NCBI GenBank assembly: GCA_963765125.1
Contig: CAVXUZ010000004.1
Location: 128,792-192,791 of the forward strand
DNA: 64,000 nucleotides
From: an uncultured candidate division WWE3 bacterium
GTDB taxonomy: Bacteria; Patescibacteriota; WWE3; UBA101185; UBA10185
Direction of reading: 5' to 3'
The notes beneath the pieces were generated by a model. It saw only the letters and a list, made by a program, of their open reading frames with translations. It had not been told where the DNA came from and made no database searches. This document shows positions 36,175-46,583 of the stretch, piece after piece; position 1 is the first letter of the stretch; every line of letters starts with the position of its first letter. The position numbers and the translations under genes were made by a program.

Positions 36175-37977
36175 ATGCAACAACAGCACATCAGAAATTT
36201 TTGTATCATCGCCCATATTGATCACGGTAAATCTACGCTAGCAGATAGATTATTGGAAATAACACATACGATGGAGAAACGAAAGATGAAAGAGCAAACG
36301 CTAGACTCGATGGAGCTGGAACAGGAAAAAGGAATTACAATCAAACTTAAGGCTGTTAGGCTAGATTACCATTACGAAAACACTGACTATCAGTTAAACC
36401 TTATTGATACTCCAGGGCACGTAGATTTTTCTTATGAGGTCTCTCGTTCACTCGCTGCGTGTGAGGGTGCAATACTTGTGGTAGACGCCAGCCAAGGAAT
36501 ACAGGCACAAACTGTTTCGAATGTTTACAAGGCGTTGGAGGCAAATCTAACAATTGTCCCCGTAATAAATAAAATAGATCTTCCCGGCGCCGACATTGCT
36601 GCTGTAAAAAAAGATATGGTAGATACGTTTGGATTTAAGGAAGATGAGATTCTGAGTGTTTCTGCAAAAACTGGTTCTGGCGTTAACGAGCTTCTTGCCG
36701 ACGTAATAAGAAGAATACCACCTCCCTCAGGAAAAATCTCAGACGCCGTACGTGCTTTAGTTTTTGATACATTCTACGATGAGTTTTTGGGCGTTGTAGC
36801 AGTTATTAAAATGGTCGATGGAAAATTTACTGCTGACGACTTTAAAACCGGCACAAAAATAAAGTTCTTGGCCACAAAAGCTGTTTCTAAACCTGAGGGT
36901 ATAGGCATATTTAAACCTGAAAGAAGAAGTATTAAAACGCTAGATTCAGGGGAGGTTGGCTTTATTGCTACTGGGCTGAAAGAGATTAAACTTGTTAAAG
37001 TAGGAGACACAATTACGTTTGAATCCCAGCGTCCGCACCCGCTACCTGGTTACAAAGAGGTCAAACCTTTTGTTTTCGTTTCGATTTTTCCAACAGAGAA
37101 TGACAAATTTTCAAACCTAAGAATTGCTCTCGAAAAACTCTCGCTATCAGATGCTTCGTTGAGCTTTGAACCTGAAACGAGCTTAGCCTTAGGATTTGGA
37201 TTTAGATGCGGTTTTCTTGGATTGCTACACGCTGATATTATTCAAGAAAGGCTTGAAAGAGAATACGCTCTCGACCTCATTGCTACTACACCAACTGTAG
37301 AGTATCGCGTTGATCTTTCAAATGGCACAACAGATTGGGTTAAATCTGCGGCCGACTTTCCTGATGTAACAAGAATTAATGAGATTCACGAACCGTGGAT
37401 AGATATGATTATTGTTTCTCCTGCAATATACGTCGGAGGAATAATTTCTCTTTGTGAGAATCGAAGAGGAATAATGAAAAAAATGGAGTACCCAACAGAG
37501 AACAGGGTTGTTTTCGAATACGAGCTTCCTTTGTCCGAACTTGTTTACAATTTTTATGACGAGTTAAAAACAGTTTCTTCTGGGTTTGCCAGTTTAGATT
37601 ATGAATTTTCTGACTACAAAAGTGTAAAGGCTGTAAAAATGGACGTTTTAATTCACGGCGAGGTTGTTGCACCTCTTTCACACATTGTGCTCAAAGAAAA
37701 AGCAGAACTTATTGGACGCAACTTACTCAAAAAACTAAAAGAAGTAATTCCAAGACAGCAGTTTAAAGTTTCTTTACAGGCTGCTTTGGGTGGAAAAATA
37801 ATTGCGCGAGAAGATATTCCTGCGTTAAGAAAAAATGTTCTTGCAAAAATGTCGGGCGGCCACAGAGAAAGAAAAGATAAGTTGCTTGAAATACAAAAGA
37901 AGGGTAAAGAACGCCTAAAAAGAATAGGCAAAGTTGATATTCCACAAGAAGCCTTTAGACAGGTTTTAAAAAGCTAA
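36175..37977 (+). CDS. lepA: Elongation factor 4 (LepA)
   Basis: IRNFCIIAHIDHGKSTLADRLL and a LepA C-terminal domain. Confidence 0.9.
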   Translation: MQQQHIRNFCIIAHIDHGKSTLADRLLEITHTMEKRKMKEQTLDSMELEQEKGITIKLKAVRLDYHYENTDYQLNLIDTPGHVDFSYEVSRSLAACEGAILVVDASQGIQAQTVSNVYKALEANLTIVPVINKIDLPGADIAAVKKDMVDTFGFKEDEILSVSAKTGSGVNELLADVIRRIPPPSGKISDAVRALVFDTFYDEFLGVVAVIKMVDGKFTADDFKTGTKIKFLATKAVSKPEGIGIFKPERRSIKTLDSGEVGFIATGLKEIKLVKVGDTITFESQRPHPLPGYKEVKPFVFVSIFPTENDKFSNLRIALEKLSLSDASLSFEPETSLALGFGFRCGFLGLLHADIIQERLEREYALDLIATTPTVEYRVDLSNGTTDWVKSAADFPDVTRINEIHEPWIDMIIVSPAIYVGGIISLCENRRGIMKKMEYPTENRVVFEYELPLSELVYNFYDELKTVSSGFASLDYEFSDYKSVKAVKMDVLIHGEVVAPLSHIVLKEKAELIGRNLLKKLKEVIPRQQFKVSLQAALGGKIIAREDIPALRKNVLAKMSGGHRERKDKLLEIQKKGKERLKRIGKVDIPQEAFRQVLKS

Positions 37978-38010
37978 ATTATCGTTTTTCAAAAATGCTA
38001 TTATCTTGAT

Positions 38011-38658
38011 ATGTACATAATAATGCTCGGTGCGCCCGGTGCCGGTAAAGGAACCCAAGCGGAGCTTTTAAAAAACAAGTTAGGTGTTCCACAAATTTCT
38101 ACGGGAGAGTTATTTAGACACGAAATGGAAATCGGCTCGGATCTCGGCAACAGCGTCAGAGAAACAATGGATGGTGGCAAGCTGGTTAGCGACGACACTA
38201 CATTAGAAATATTTGAAAAAAGAATTTTAAAAGAGGATTGTTCTCGAGGAGCAATTATCGACGGTGTTCCTAGAACTATCAAGCAAGCAGAACTTCTCGG
38301 CGGGTTGTTTCAAAAACTCGGAAAGAGTTTAGAGACTGTTTTGTACATCTCTCTTCCAGAAAATGAAATTATCACTAGGTTATCAGGTAGGTGGACATGT
38401 AAAAAGTGTGGACATGTTTACCACGAGCAGCTAAACCCGCCCAAAATAGCGCACATTTGTGATATAGACGGTTGCGAATTATACCAACGAGACGACCAAA
38501 AACCAGAAGCAATACTTGAAAGAATAGAGGTTTATAAAACGAGTACCTACCCCCTCGTGGAATATTACAAATCGTTATTATTGTTAAAAGAAATTGACGG
38601 TAACCAAGAAATTGAAAAAGTTCACCAACAAATACTGCGAGCACTAAATTTAAAATAG
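38011..38658 (+). CDS. adk: Adenylate kinase with a zinc lid
   Basis: GAPGAGKGTQ is present and the lid is CKKCGHVYH...CDIDGC. Confidence 0.9.
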   Translation: MYIIMLGAPGAGKGTQAELLKNKLGVPQISTGELFRHEMEIGSDLGNSVRETMDGGKLVSDDTTLEIFEKRILKEDCSRGAIIDGVPRTIKQAELLGGLFQKLGKSLETVLYISLPENEIITRLSGRWTCKKCGHVYHEQLNPPKIAHICDIDGCELYQRDDQKPEAILERIEVYKTSTYPLVEYYKSLLLLKEIDGNQEIEKVHQQILRALNLK

Positions 38659-38697
38659 GCCTACAGCCCTGTTTGACAACATCCTCTCGAAGAACCC

Positions 38698-38733
38698 TTG
38701 ACAATTTTATCACTCCCTCTATAATACTGCTAA
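38698..38733 (+). promoter_or_regulatory. Near-consensus sigma70 promoter (TTGACA-16 nt-TATAAT) overlapping a degenerate CIRCE-like inverted repeat (TTATCACTC-N9-TACTGCTAA) upstream of hrcA
   Basis: The -35 lies at 38698-38703 and the -10 at 38720-38725. The ATG is at 38735, so the transcript is near-leaderless. The CIRCE consensus TTAGCACTC-N9-GAGTGCTAA is matched with 1+2 mismatches. Confidence 0.55.
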
Positions 38734-38734
38734 G

Positions 38735-39457
38735 ATGATATCAGAAAGACAAGTTAGGCTTCTTAACGCAATCATAAACGAATACATAAAAACAGCTGAG
38801 CCGGTTGGTTCGGTTGATATTGTTGAAAAATATAACTTGAGATACTCCCCCGCAACTGCAAGAAATGAAATGGCAAAGCTACTTGAACTGGGTTTTTTAG
38901 AAATGCTTCACACATCTTCTGGAAGAGTACCAACACCTATGGCGTACAGGTTGTTTTTGGACCAAATTATGGAAGAAGAGGAAATGCCGGTTTTACAAGA
39001 GGTTTCAATGAAACAAAGGCTTTGGCCGTATAGATTTGAGTTTGATAAGTTGATGAGAAACTCAATAGTTGCCCTAGCTGAAAATGCAGGCGAGCTCGCA
39101 ATTGGAACAACTAATGACGGGCAAGTTGTATATTCAGGAGCAGTTAACATTTTGGACCACAAAGAGTTTTGGAATATTGACGTTGCAAGGACTGCATTGA
39201 GCATATTAGATAGATACGAACTATTAGAAGAGATATTTAAAAAATCGCCTTATGGTGAGGGGGTAAGAACAGTTATTGGAACTGAAATAGGTATAGAAAA
39301 TCTCGAGTCTTGCGCTATTGCCTTCACACCTTTTGTTGTAGGCAATAAGAGTGGGCACATCGCGATTTTCGGCCCCTCGAGAATGAAGTATGAAAATGTA
39401 ATTCCCGCCATTAAATATACAAAAGCTCTCATCGAAGAGCTTGGCGAATCTTGGTAA
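38735..39457 (+). CDS. hrcA: Heat-inducible repressor HrcA (short)
   Basis: The N-terminal winged helix is RQVRLLNAIINEYIKTAEPVGS. The gene lies in the hrcA-grpE-dnaK order. Confidence 0.7.
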   Translation: MISERQVRLLNAIINEYIKTAEPVGSVDIVEKYNLRYSPATARNEMAKLLELGFLEMLHTSSGRVPTPMAYRLFLDQIMEEEEMPVLQEVSMKQRLWPYRFEFDKLMRNSIVALAENAGELAIGTTNDGQVVYSGAVNILDHKEFWNIDVARTALSILDRYELLEEIFKKSPYGEGVRTVIGTEIGIENLESCAIAFTPFVVGNKSGHIAIFGPSRMKYENVIPAIKYTKALIEELGESW

Positions 39458-39923
39458 TTTCAAAAATATGGATAAAAAAGATCATAAAAATAAAAAAGTG
39501 GATACAAATGTGTTTGATGAAAAAATCAAAGAATTCGAAAATAACTGGAAACGAGCTTTAGCAGACTACAAAAATCTTGAAAAAAGAAGTCGAGATGAAA
39601 AGGAGGCTTTAGTTGAATTTTCTAACATTGTTCTTATAGAAAGACTCCTTCCTGTGCTCGACAACTTTGAAATGATTGAACGCCACTCAAACGATATGGG
39701 TGTAAAAATGTCTATTAAAGAATTTAAACAAATATTAGAGTCGACCGGACTAAAAGAGGTCGAATTAGGTATTAACCAAAACTTTGATCACACATCAATG
39801 GACGCGATAGAAACAGTTGCTGGAGAAAAAAATAAGATTATGGAAATTATAAGAAAAGGGTACTTTTTCAAAAATAAATTAATAAGACCCGCCAGTGTAA
39901 AAGTTGGAAACGGCAATAAGTAA
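39441..39923 (+). CDS. grpE: Nucleotide exchange factor GrpE
   Basis: KRALADYKNLEKRSRDE...LLPVLDNFE is the GrpE signature. Confidence 0.8.
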   Translation: MANLGNFKNMDKKDHKNKKVDTNVFDEKIKEFENNWKRALADYKNLEKRSRDEKEALVEFSNIVLIERLLPVLDNFEMIERHSNDMGVKMSIKEFKQILESTGLKEVELGINQNFDHTSMDAIETVAGEKNKIMEIIRKGYFFKNKLIRPASVKVGNGNK

Positions 39924-39947
39924 CGCCGTTCTAAAAAGGAGATCAAA

Positions 39948-41831
39948 ATGAGTAAAATTATCGGAATAGATTTAGGCACCACTAACAGCGCGATGGCTGT
40001 TATGGAAAGTGGCCAATCAAAAATAATCGTAAATGTAGAAGGTGGAAATACCACACCCTCAGTCATCGCACCAAAGGCAAATCTTGTTGGTGTATCTGCA
40101 AAAAGACAACAAGTAGTAAATCCACGAGGAACAGTTTTTAGTGTTAAAAGATTGATGGGTATGAAATTCAACGCACCCGAAATTCAAGCATTAAAAAAGG
40201 ATTACCCATACGAAATTGTAGAAGGTAAGAACGGAATGGCGGCGGTCAAAATTGAGGATAAGGTTTATACCCCACAAGAAATATCTGCAATGATTTTGTC
40301 AAAAATTAAAGCAGATGCTGAAACATTTTTGGGAGAAAAAATTACCGAGGCAGTAATTACTGTCCCAGCGTATTTTAAGCAAGATCAAAGAACAGCGACA
40401 CAAGAAGCCGGTCAAATTGCCGGTCTGGATGTAAAAAGAATAATTAACGAACCTACCGCAGCCGCGCTTGCATACGGACTAGATAAAAAAACAAATGAAA
40501 AAATTGCAGTTTACGATTTGGGTGGTGGTACTTTTGACGTTTCTATTTTAGAGATTGGTGATGGTGTGTTTGAGGTTAAAGCAACCAATGGCGACACGCA
40601 TCTAGGGGGGGACGACTTCGATAGAGCAATCATTAATTGGATTTTAGAAAGCTTTAAAAAAGAGCAGGGCATCGACCTCAAAGAAGACAGACAGGCAATG
40701 CAGAGGCTCAAAGACGCCGCCGAAAAAGCAAAAATCGAACTCTCTTCAGCAATGGAAACCGAAATAAACATAGCTTTTATTACAGCAGACGCAACAGGCC
40801 CCAAACACCTTAATATGAACCTGACCAGATCAAAACTTGAACAACTGGTTGACGATCTTATACAAAGAACCATCAAACCAATGCAAAATGCTTTAAACGA
40901 TGCTGGTTTAAAAAAAGAAGATATCAACGAGGTTATTATGGTTGGTGGAATGACAAGAATGCCAAAAGTTAACCAAGTAGTTAAAGAGTTTTTTGGTAAA
41001 GATCCACACAAAGGAATTAATCCAGACGAAGTGGTCGCGTTGGGCGCAGCAATTCAAGGTGGTGTTTTAGGTGGCGATGTAAAAGACGTGTTGTTACTAG
41101 ATGTAACTCCTCTAACCCTAGGTATTGAAACATTAGGCGGTGTTAGTACCCCATTAATTAAACGTAACACAACAATACCAACCTCAGCCTCACAAGTATT
41201 TAGTACCGCTGCAGATAACCAAACCTCTGTGGAAATAAATGTTCTACAGGGCGAAAGAGAAATGGCTGGCGATAATAAAAGTCTGGGTAGATTTATTTTG
41301 GACGGGATACCAACAGCCCCAAGAGGAGTTCCTCAAGTTGAGGTAACTTTCGACATCGATGCAAACGGCGTCATTAACGTAAGAGCAAAAGATAAAGCTA
41401 CCAACAAAGAACAGAAAATTACAATTCAGGGCGGTTCTGGCTTAACAGACGCAGAAATAGAAAAAATGGTTAAAGACGCAGAAGCCCACACCGAGGAAGA
41501 CAAAAAAAAGAAAGAGCAAATTGAGGCACGAAATACAGCCGACAGCTTAATCTATACCGCAGAAAAGTCTCTTAGGGACGGCGGAGATAAAATTCCTGAG
41601 GACGTAAAAAAAGAGGTTGAGGAAAAAGTCAAAGCGTTAAAAGACATACTGCAGACCGCTGAGGCTACAACGCTTCAGGAACAAACCAAATCTCTTTCTG
41701 ACAGCTTGATGAAAATCGGTCAGCATATGTACGATTCGAACAAGCAAGACGGACAACCCGAACAAAAGGACGATAAAGACAAAAATAGCAAGGGTGAAGA
41801 GCCTGTTGAGGGCGAGGTCGTAAAAGAATAA
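39948..41831 (+). CDS. dnaK: Chaperone DnaK (Hsp70)
   Basis: [18 protein letters not shown] and the full Hsp70 architecture are present. Confidence 0.95.
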   Translation: MSKIIGIDLGTTNSAMAVMESGQSKIIVNVEGGNTTPSVIAPKANLVGVSAKRQQVVNPRGTVFSVKRLMGMKFNAPEIQALKKDYPYEIVEGKNGMAAVKIEDKVYTPQEISAMILSKIKADAETFLGEKITEAVITVPAYFKQDQRTATQEAGQIAGLDVKRIINEPTAAALAYGLDKKTNEKIAVYDLGGGTFDVSILEIGDGVFEVKATNGDTHLGGDDFDRAIINWILESFKKEQGIDLKEDRQAMQRLKDAAEKAKIELSSAMETEINIAFITADATGPKHLNMNLTRSKLEQLVDDLIQRTIKPMQNALNDAGLKKEDINEVIMVGGMTRMPKVNQVVKEFFGKDPHKGINPDEVVALGAAIQGGVLGGDVKDVLLLDVTPLTLGIETLGGVSTPLIKRNTTIPTSASQVFSTAADNQTSVEINVLQGEREMAGDNKSLGRFILDGIPTAPRGVPQVEVTFDIDANGVINVRAKDKATNKEQKITIQGGSGLTDAEIEKMVKDAEAHTEEDKKKKEQIEARNTADSLIYTAEKSLRDGGDKIPEDVKKEVEEKVKALKDILQTAEATTLQEQTKSLSDSLMKIGQHMYDSNKQDGQPEQKDDKDKNSKGEEPVEGEVVKE

Positions 41832-41872
41832 TACCTTCAACGCTTGTTACATAGGAGTTTATTCTATATACT

Positions 41873-42133
41873 TTGATTACTGCCTATATGGAATTACAAA
41901 TTGTTTTTATCTTTATATTAGCCGTCATTACAGTAACACTTGTTGTTGTTGGTGTTTATGTCGTATTAGTTCTGAAAGAACTCCGAGAAACAATCCAAAA
42001 GGCAAATCAAATACTAGGTGCTGTTGAAAATGTCACTAATATTGTGGCTAATCCCTTGAGCATTATTACAGGGCTCTTCAAGGGTTATAAAGCGATTAAA
42101 AATTTAAAAAATAATGAGGAGGATGACGAATAA
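41873..42133 (+). CDS. Small membrane protein (86 aa)
   Basis: It has a hydrophobic N-terminal helix. Confidence 0.35.
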   Translation: MITAYMELQIVFIFILAVITVTLVVVGVYVVLVLKELRETIQKANQILGAVENVTNIVANPLSIITGLFKGYKAIKNLKNNEEDDE

Positions 42134-42480
42134 TGGGTAAAAATTCATTTATGAAAGGTGCGCTTTTTGGTGCAGCCATCGGTGCAATAGTTGCGCTTCT
42201 TAACGCGCCAACTTCGGGCAAAGAAACCAAGAAAAAAATTAAAGAAAAATCAAAAAGCTATTGGGAACAAGGTAAAGAAAAGCTTCTTGACGCTACTGAA
42301 GAAGGTCTCGAAAAGGCCGATGAGGTAAGGGATGCGGTAGAAGAAAAGGTGGTTGAGGTAGGAGACAAACTCCACGATAAAGTGGAAGAATTTTTAGATG
42401 CTGCTTCAGACACAGTCAAAGATAGTCGCAAAAAAACGACAAAGAATACAAACAGACGAAAATTCGACGGGGTAAAATAG
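42133..42480 (+). CDS. YtxH-like small stress/membrane-associated protein
   Basis: GALFGAAIGAIVALLNAPTSGKETKKKIKEK matches the YtxH pattern, followed by a charged helical tail. Confidence 0.45.
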   Translation: MGKNSFMKGALFGAAIGAIVALLNAPTSGKETKKKIKEKSKSYWEQGKEKLLDATEEGLEKADEVRDAVEEKVVEVGDKLHDKVEEFLDAASDTVKDSRKKTTKNTNRRKFDGVK

Positions 42481-42538
42481 TCAGCGCTAAAATCAAATCA
42501 TTTATAGCCATTAATTTATGGTGATAGAATAAGTTGTA

Positions 42539-42922
42539 ATGAATAATCTGCCTAATGACAACAATCAAACAAGCCAACTTGGGCAATCGAGTCTGGATCC
42601 TCGTTTTGTAGGCGGACCCGAGAGTGCACCAGAGATTACGCCACTTGCAGAGGAGGCAGCACCATCTGAAGAGCTTTTTTCGCTTGAAAACCTGAAAACT
42701 CCAGAAATACCAAAACAACAAGAAACCAAAGCACCAGTGGCTAATATAAACACGCCCTCTGCAAACGAACCTGTGTCCGATACCCAAGCAATAGTTGATA
42801 AAACCGAGAAAATAACACACCTACACCATATAGCTGGCACTAACGATAAACTTACTGAAGAGGCTGACGAAGAAGAGGAACATTTTATAGAGGAGGTTGA
42901 AAAACACCATGGTGACCTATAA
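42539..42922 (+). CDS. Acidic, low-complexity hypothetical protein
   Basis: The 127-aa ORF is Glu/Pro/Thr-rich and overlaps the next gene by 26 nt. Confidence 0.35.
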   Translation: MNNLPNDNNQTSQLGQSSLDPRFVGGPESAPEITPLAEEAAPSEELFSLENLKTPEIPKQQETKAPVANINTPSANEPVSDTQAIVDKTEKITHLHHIAGTNDKLTEEADEEEEHFIEEVEKHHGDL

Positions 42923-45341
42923 TAGTGTGGCGTCAAATCTGCAAACAAACCTAATGCCGTTATTTTTTATTATTTTTGCACTTGTGTTGCTGTGGATAAT
43001 CATAACTTTCAAAAGAAAAAGCAATGAGAAAGCAACCGAGTACAACCTTACTTTTCTTGAAGTTAAGCTTCCTAGCGATAATGAGATTGAGATCAGCGCT
43101 GCTGAACATTTATTTACAAATCTAATTGGTCTTAAAAAATCTTTTTGGGCATCTCTTATGTCTGGCCCGTACAGAATTTCTTTTGAAATTGTGTCAAAAA
43201 AAGAGGGGGTTGGGTTTTATGTTGTCGTTCCAGACGATTTGGCAAGCTACGTTGAACAACAAATAAATGGCGTATACCCTGGTGCTGAAATTGATATAGT
43301 AAATCCTGCTGAAATATGGGACAGAGGAAAGTTTACAAAAGTGGCTGAATTAAATTTTAAAGGCCCTGCATATTCACCAATAAAAATATATGAAGAAATT
43401 AAAACCGACCCATTAAGCTTAATTACATCTAGCATGAGCAAACTTTCAGAGAATGAGGTTCTTGCAATTCAATATGTAATATCGCCGGCAAGCGATGGTT
43501 GGAGAACGTCAGGTAGATCCTTTGTAAATAGCGTAAAAAATAAAATGGCCGACACAGAACGCCATTACAACGTTGATCAAAATTATCTTGAGGGTATAGA
43601 AAAAAAACTAGCTTACCCTGGCTTTAACACGGCAATTAGAATAGTTTCGATATCTGAAAATCAACAAACAGCGCAGCTACACATTAACAATATGATTTCT
43701 GGGTTTGAGCAATTTACAGATGTTGTTCACAATAAATTTGTAGTTAAAACATCGCTGCTGGGTAACTTTTTTCAAAAACATTTGATAAACAATTTTATAT
43801 ATCGCAAACTTCATCCAAAAGAGTTAACAATACCAATTTTAGGAATTAATTTTTACAGAAATGTTCCTGTTTTAAATGTCGTTGAGATGGCAACGATTTT
43901 TCATTTTCCAAATAAAAATATTCAAACTCCAAATATTATGTGGCTCAGCGCAAGAAGGTCTTCGGCCCCTACAAATCTTCCACTGCCTCAGGAGGGTATT
44001 TGGATTGGTGAAAGTTCATTCCGCGGAGTTAAAACACAAGTACACGTTAAAGAAAAAGATCGTACGAGACATTTTTACATTGTGGGACAAACTGGTACCG
44101 GTAAGTCGGAATTATTGAAGTTTATGGCACTTCAAGATATAAAAAACGGTGAGGGTGTTGCCTTAATTGATCCTCATGGAACTGACGTACAAGATTTGCT
44201 AACAAAAATTCCTCAAAACAGAATCGACGACGTCATATATTTTAACGTTTCCGACCTAGACATGCCTCTTGGACTAAATCTTTTAGAATGGGAAACAGAA
44301 GATCAAAAACACATCATTATTAATTCATTTATTGCGCTTTTGTATAAACTGTACGACCCGAATCATCAGGGAATTATGGGGCCACAGCTTGAGCGTGCAA
44401 TAAGAAATGTGATGCTCACAGCAATGGAAGACAAAGAAAGCACGATGGTGGATGTTTTGAGACTTTTGATTGATCCGAAATACGCGCAAAGATATATAGA
44501 TAAAATAAGCGACCCGTTAGTAAAAAGGTTTTGGGTTGATGAAATGGCAAAGACTTCGGATTTTCACAAGTCCGAAAAGATGGGGTACTTTGTTTCAAAA
44601 TTCGATAAGTTTGTCACAGATAAGCTTATGAGAAACATCGTTGGCCAACCAAAATCTGCGTTTAATTTTTCTCAAGCAATGGCGGAAAAAAAGATTTTGT
44701 TAGTTGATCTTGCAAAAGGAAAAATCGGTGAAGAAAACTCAAACTTTTTGGGATTAGTACTTGTTCCAAAACTACTATCCGCGGCTCTATCAAGGCACAC
44801 ACTAATTGAGAAGGGTATAGATTTTCCAAACTTTTATTTATACGTTGACGAGTTTCAAAATTTTGCAACACCGGACTTTGAAACTATCCTTTCTGAAGCA
44901 AGAAAATATAAATTGAACCTCATTGTTGCTCACCAATTTATTTCTCAACTCTCTGAAGAGATAAAAGACGCGGTGTTTGGAAACGTCGGTTCTATGTGCG
45001 CGTTTAGAACAGGCGTGGACGACGCAGAGTTTTTAGCAGAGTATTTTGAACCTACATTTTCGCAAAAAGACATCAGCAACTTAGCAGTAGGAAACGCGTA
45101 TGTAAGACTCCTTGTTGATGGACACCCAACGGCACCTTTTTCTATAAGTCTTCCTTGGAATGTGATTAGCACAAATGTGGAAAAAAGTCAGCAAACGGCA
45201 GATAAAATTCGTGAATCCTCACGACAAAAATACGGTGTGCCTGTAAACGAAGTTGAAACACACATTAATATGAGGATGGGCTTTAATGACCAAGCAGCTC
45301 AAAATCTTGAGGACCTGCCTTTGAAAAAGTTGCCGTTTTAA
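42897..45341 (+). CDS. Membrane-anchored TraD/TraG/VirD4-like (type IV coupling protein) AAA ATPase
   Basis: It has an N-terminal TM, Walker A (GQTGTGKSELLKF), Walker B / TraG-D_C-like (YLYVDEFQNF) and ARKYKLNLIVAHQFISQL. Confidence 0.65.
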   Translation: MKNTMVTYNSVASNLQTNLMPLFFIIFALVLLWIIITFKRKSNEKATEYNLTFLEVKLPSDNEIEISAAEHLFTNLIGLKKSFWASLMSGPYRISFEIVSKKEGVGFYVVVPDDLASYVEQQINGVYPGAEIDIVNPAEIWDRGKFTKVAELNFKGPAYSPIKIYEEIKTDPLSLITSSMSKLSENEVLAIQYVISPASDGWRTSGRSFVNSVKNKMADTERHYNVDQNYLEGIEKKLAYPGFNTAIRIVSISENQQTAQLHINNMISGFEQFTDVVHNKFVVKTSLLGNFFQKHLINNFIYRKLHPKELTIPILGINFYRNVPVLNVVEMATIFHFPNKNIQTPNIMWLSARRSSAPTNLPLPQEGIWIGESSFRGVKTQVHVKEKDRTRHFYIVGQTGTGKSELLKFMALQDIKNGEGVALIDPHGTDVQDLLTKIPQNRIDDVIYFNVSDLDMPLGLNLLEWETEDQKHIIINSFIALLYKLYDPNHQGIMGPQLERAIRNVMLTAMEDKESTMVDVLRLLIDPKYAQRYIDKISDPLVKRFWVDEMAKTSDFHKSEKMGYFVSKFDKFVTDKLMRNIVGQPKSAFNFSQAMAEKKILLVDLAKGKIGEENSNFLGLVLVPKLLSAALSRHTLIEKGIDFPNFYLYVDEFQNFATPDFETILSEARKYKLNLIVAHQFISQLSEEIKDAVFGNVGSMCAFRTGVDDAEFLAEYFEPTFSQKDISNLAVGNAYVRLLVDGHPTAPFSISLPWNVISTNVEKSQQTADKIRESSRQKYGVPVNEVETHINMRMGFNDQAAQNLEDLPLKKLPF

Positions 45342-45383
45342 GACTTTTAAAGCTTTGAGTAAAAGAATTATTGTATAATCAAA

Positions 45384-46583
45384 TTGATGTTTAAACTGCC
45401 GTTTCTCAACAAGTCATTAAAAAAAGGTGCAAAATATCTAACGCTCGAATTGGGTTACGACTCGTTACGGGTGCTGTCTTTCTACAAAGAAGATGGAGCT
45501 ACCAAAATAATAGGGAGCGCAAAAGAGCCTGTTGAGCCGGGGTGTATTAGAAACGGCATCATAGTAGACATAAATGAAGTAATAGCTGCACTCGAAAAAG
45601 CAGTTACAAAAGCAACACTAAACATTGAGGATGATGTTGAAAATATTATCATTGGTGTCTCTAGCGATGTGTGTATCGAAAACGTTACAACCGCAAAAAT
45701 TACAAGAACTTCTACAAACCCGATTACTCAAAAAGAAATAGACGAGTTTGAGCAAAAACTTTTAGCGTCAGCGTATATTCAGGTGCAAAATAAGTTTGCA
45801 GAAAATACAGGAAACACCGAGGAAGATTTTCAACTAATAACCTCATCGCTGGTGCACGCAAAAATTGACGATAAAAAAATTACAACACTAAATAACCAAA
45901 AAGGCCAAATCGTTGAAATGGCAATGTACACTGCCTATTGCCCGGAATATTTTATTAAATCATTACAAAAAATGTGTAAATCCGTTGGTTTAAACATCTT
46001 AGCGATTGCGTCCGTTAATTTTGGTTTATTAAAAGGTTTGAAATCTACAGAAATGGAAAACACTGATCTTGTTACAATCAACATCGGTCCAGATTTTACA
46101 AACGTTGCGGTTGTCTTTGGTGGTGCAATTGTTGCCAGTAAAAGCCTGCATGTTGGTAAGAGACATTTAATTGAAGAGGTCGCAAGAAAAATGGGTTTGA
46201 CTGGTGAAGAGGCCGCAAACGTTGTAAACACGCATACTAGAGGCGAACTTGCGTCCAGCGAAAGCGTGGTTGTGCAAGACTGTATGGAAGAAGTTCTCAA
46301 TCTGTGGCTTGAGGGTGTGGAATTGGTATTTTCTGATTTTTCGGGTGTAAAGACATTTGCCCCGCATATCTACTTATTTGGAGTGGGTATAGAGATACCA
46401 GAGATTGAAGAAAAACTAAACAACAGTCCTTGGACAAAATCTATTCCATTCAAGGCGCCTCCTACATTACAATTATTACACTTTAGTGATTTACCAAAAA
46501 TCGCTGATGCAACTGGGGATATAAAAACAGATGAGTGGATTGGACCTGCCTCTCTTTCTTATATTTTTGAGGAGCTTATATGA
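45384..46583 (+). CDS. Actin-family ATPase, FtsA-like (a PilM-like alternative cannot be excluded)
   Basis: LTLELGYDSLRV...GCIRNGIIVDINEVIAALEKAV matches the FtsA/PilM fold pattern. A TG-TATAAT element ends 8 nt before the ATG, so the transcript is probably leaderless. Confidence 0.55.
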   Translation: MMFKLPFLNKSLKKGAKYLTLELGYDSLRVLSFYKEDGATKIIGSAKEPVEPGCIRNGIIVDINEVIAALEKAVTKATLNIEDDVENIIIGVSSDVCIENVTTAKITRTSTNPITQKEIDEFEQKLLASAYIQVQNKFAENTGNTEEDFQLITSSLVHAKIDDKKITTLNNQKGQIVEMAMYTAYCPEYFIKSLQKMCKSVGLNILAIASVNFGLLKGLKSTEMENTDLVTINIGPDFTNVAVVFGGAIVASKSLHVGKRHLIEEVARKMGLTGEEAANVVNTHTRGELASSESVVVQDCMEEVLNLWLEGVELVFSDFSGVKTFAPHIYLFGVGIEIPEIEEKLNNSPWTKSIPFKAPPTLQLLHFSDLPKIADATGDIKTDEWIGPASLSYIFEELI

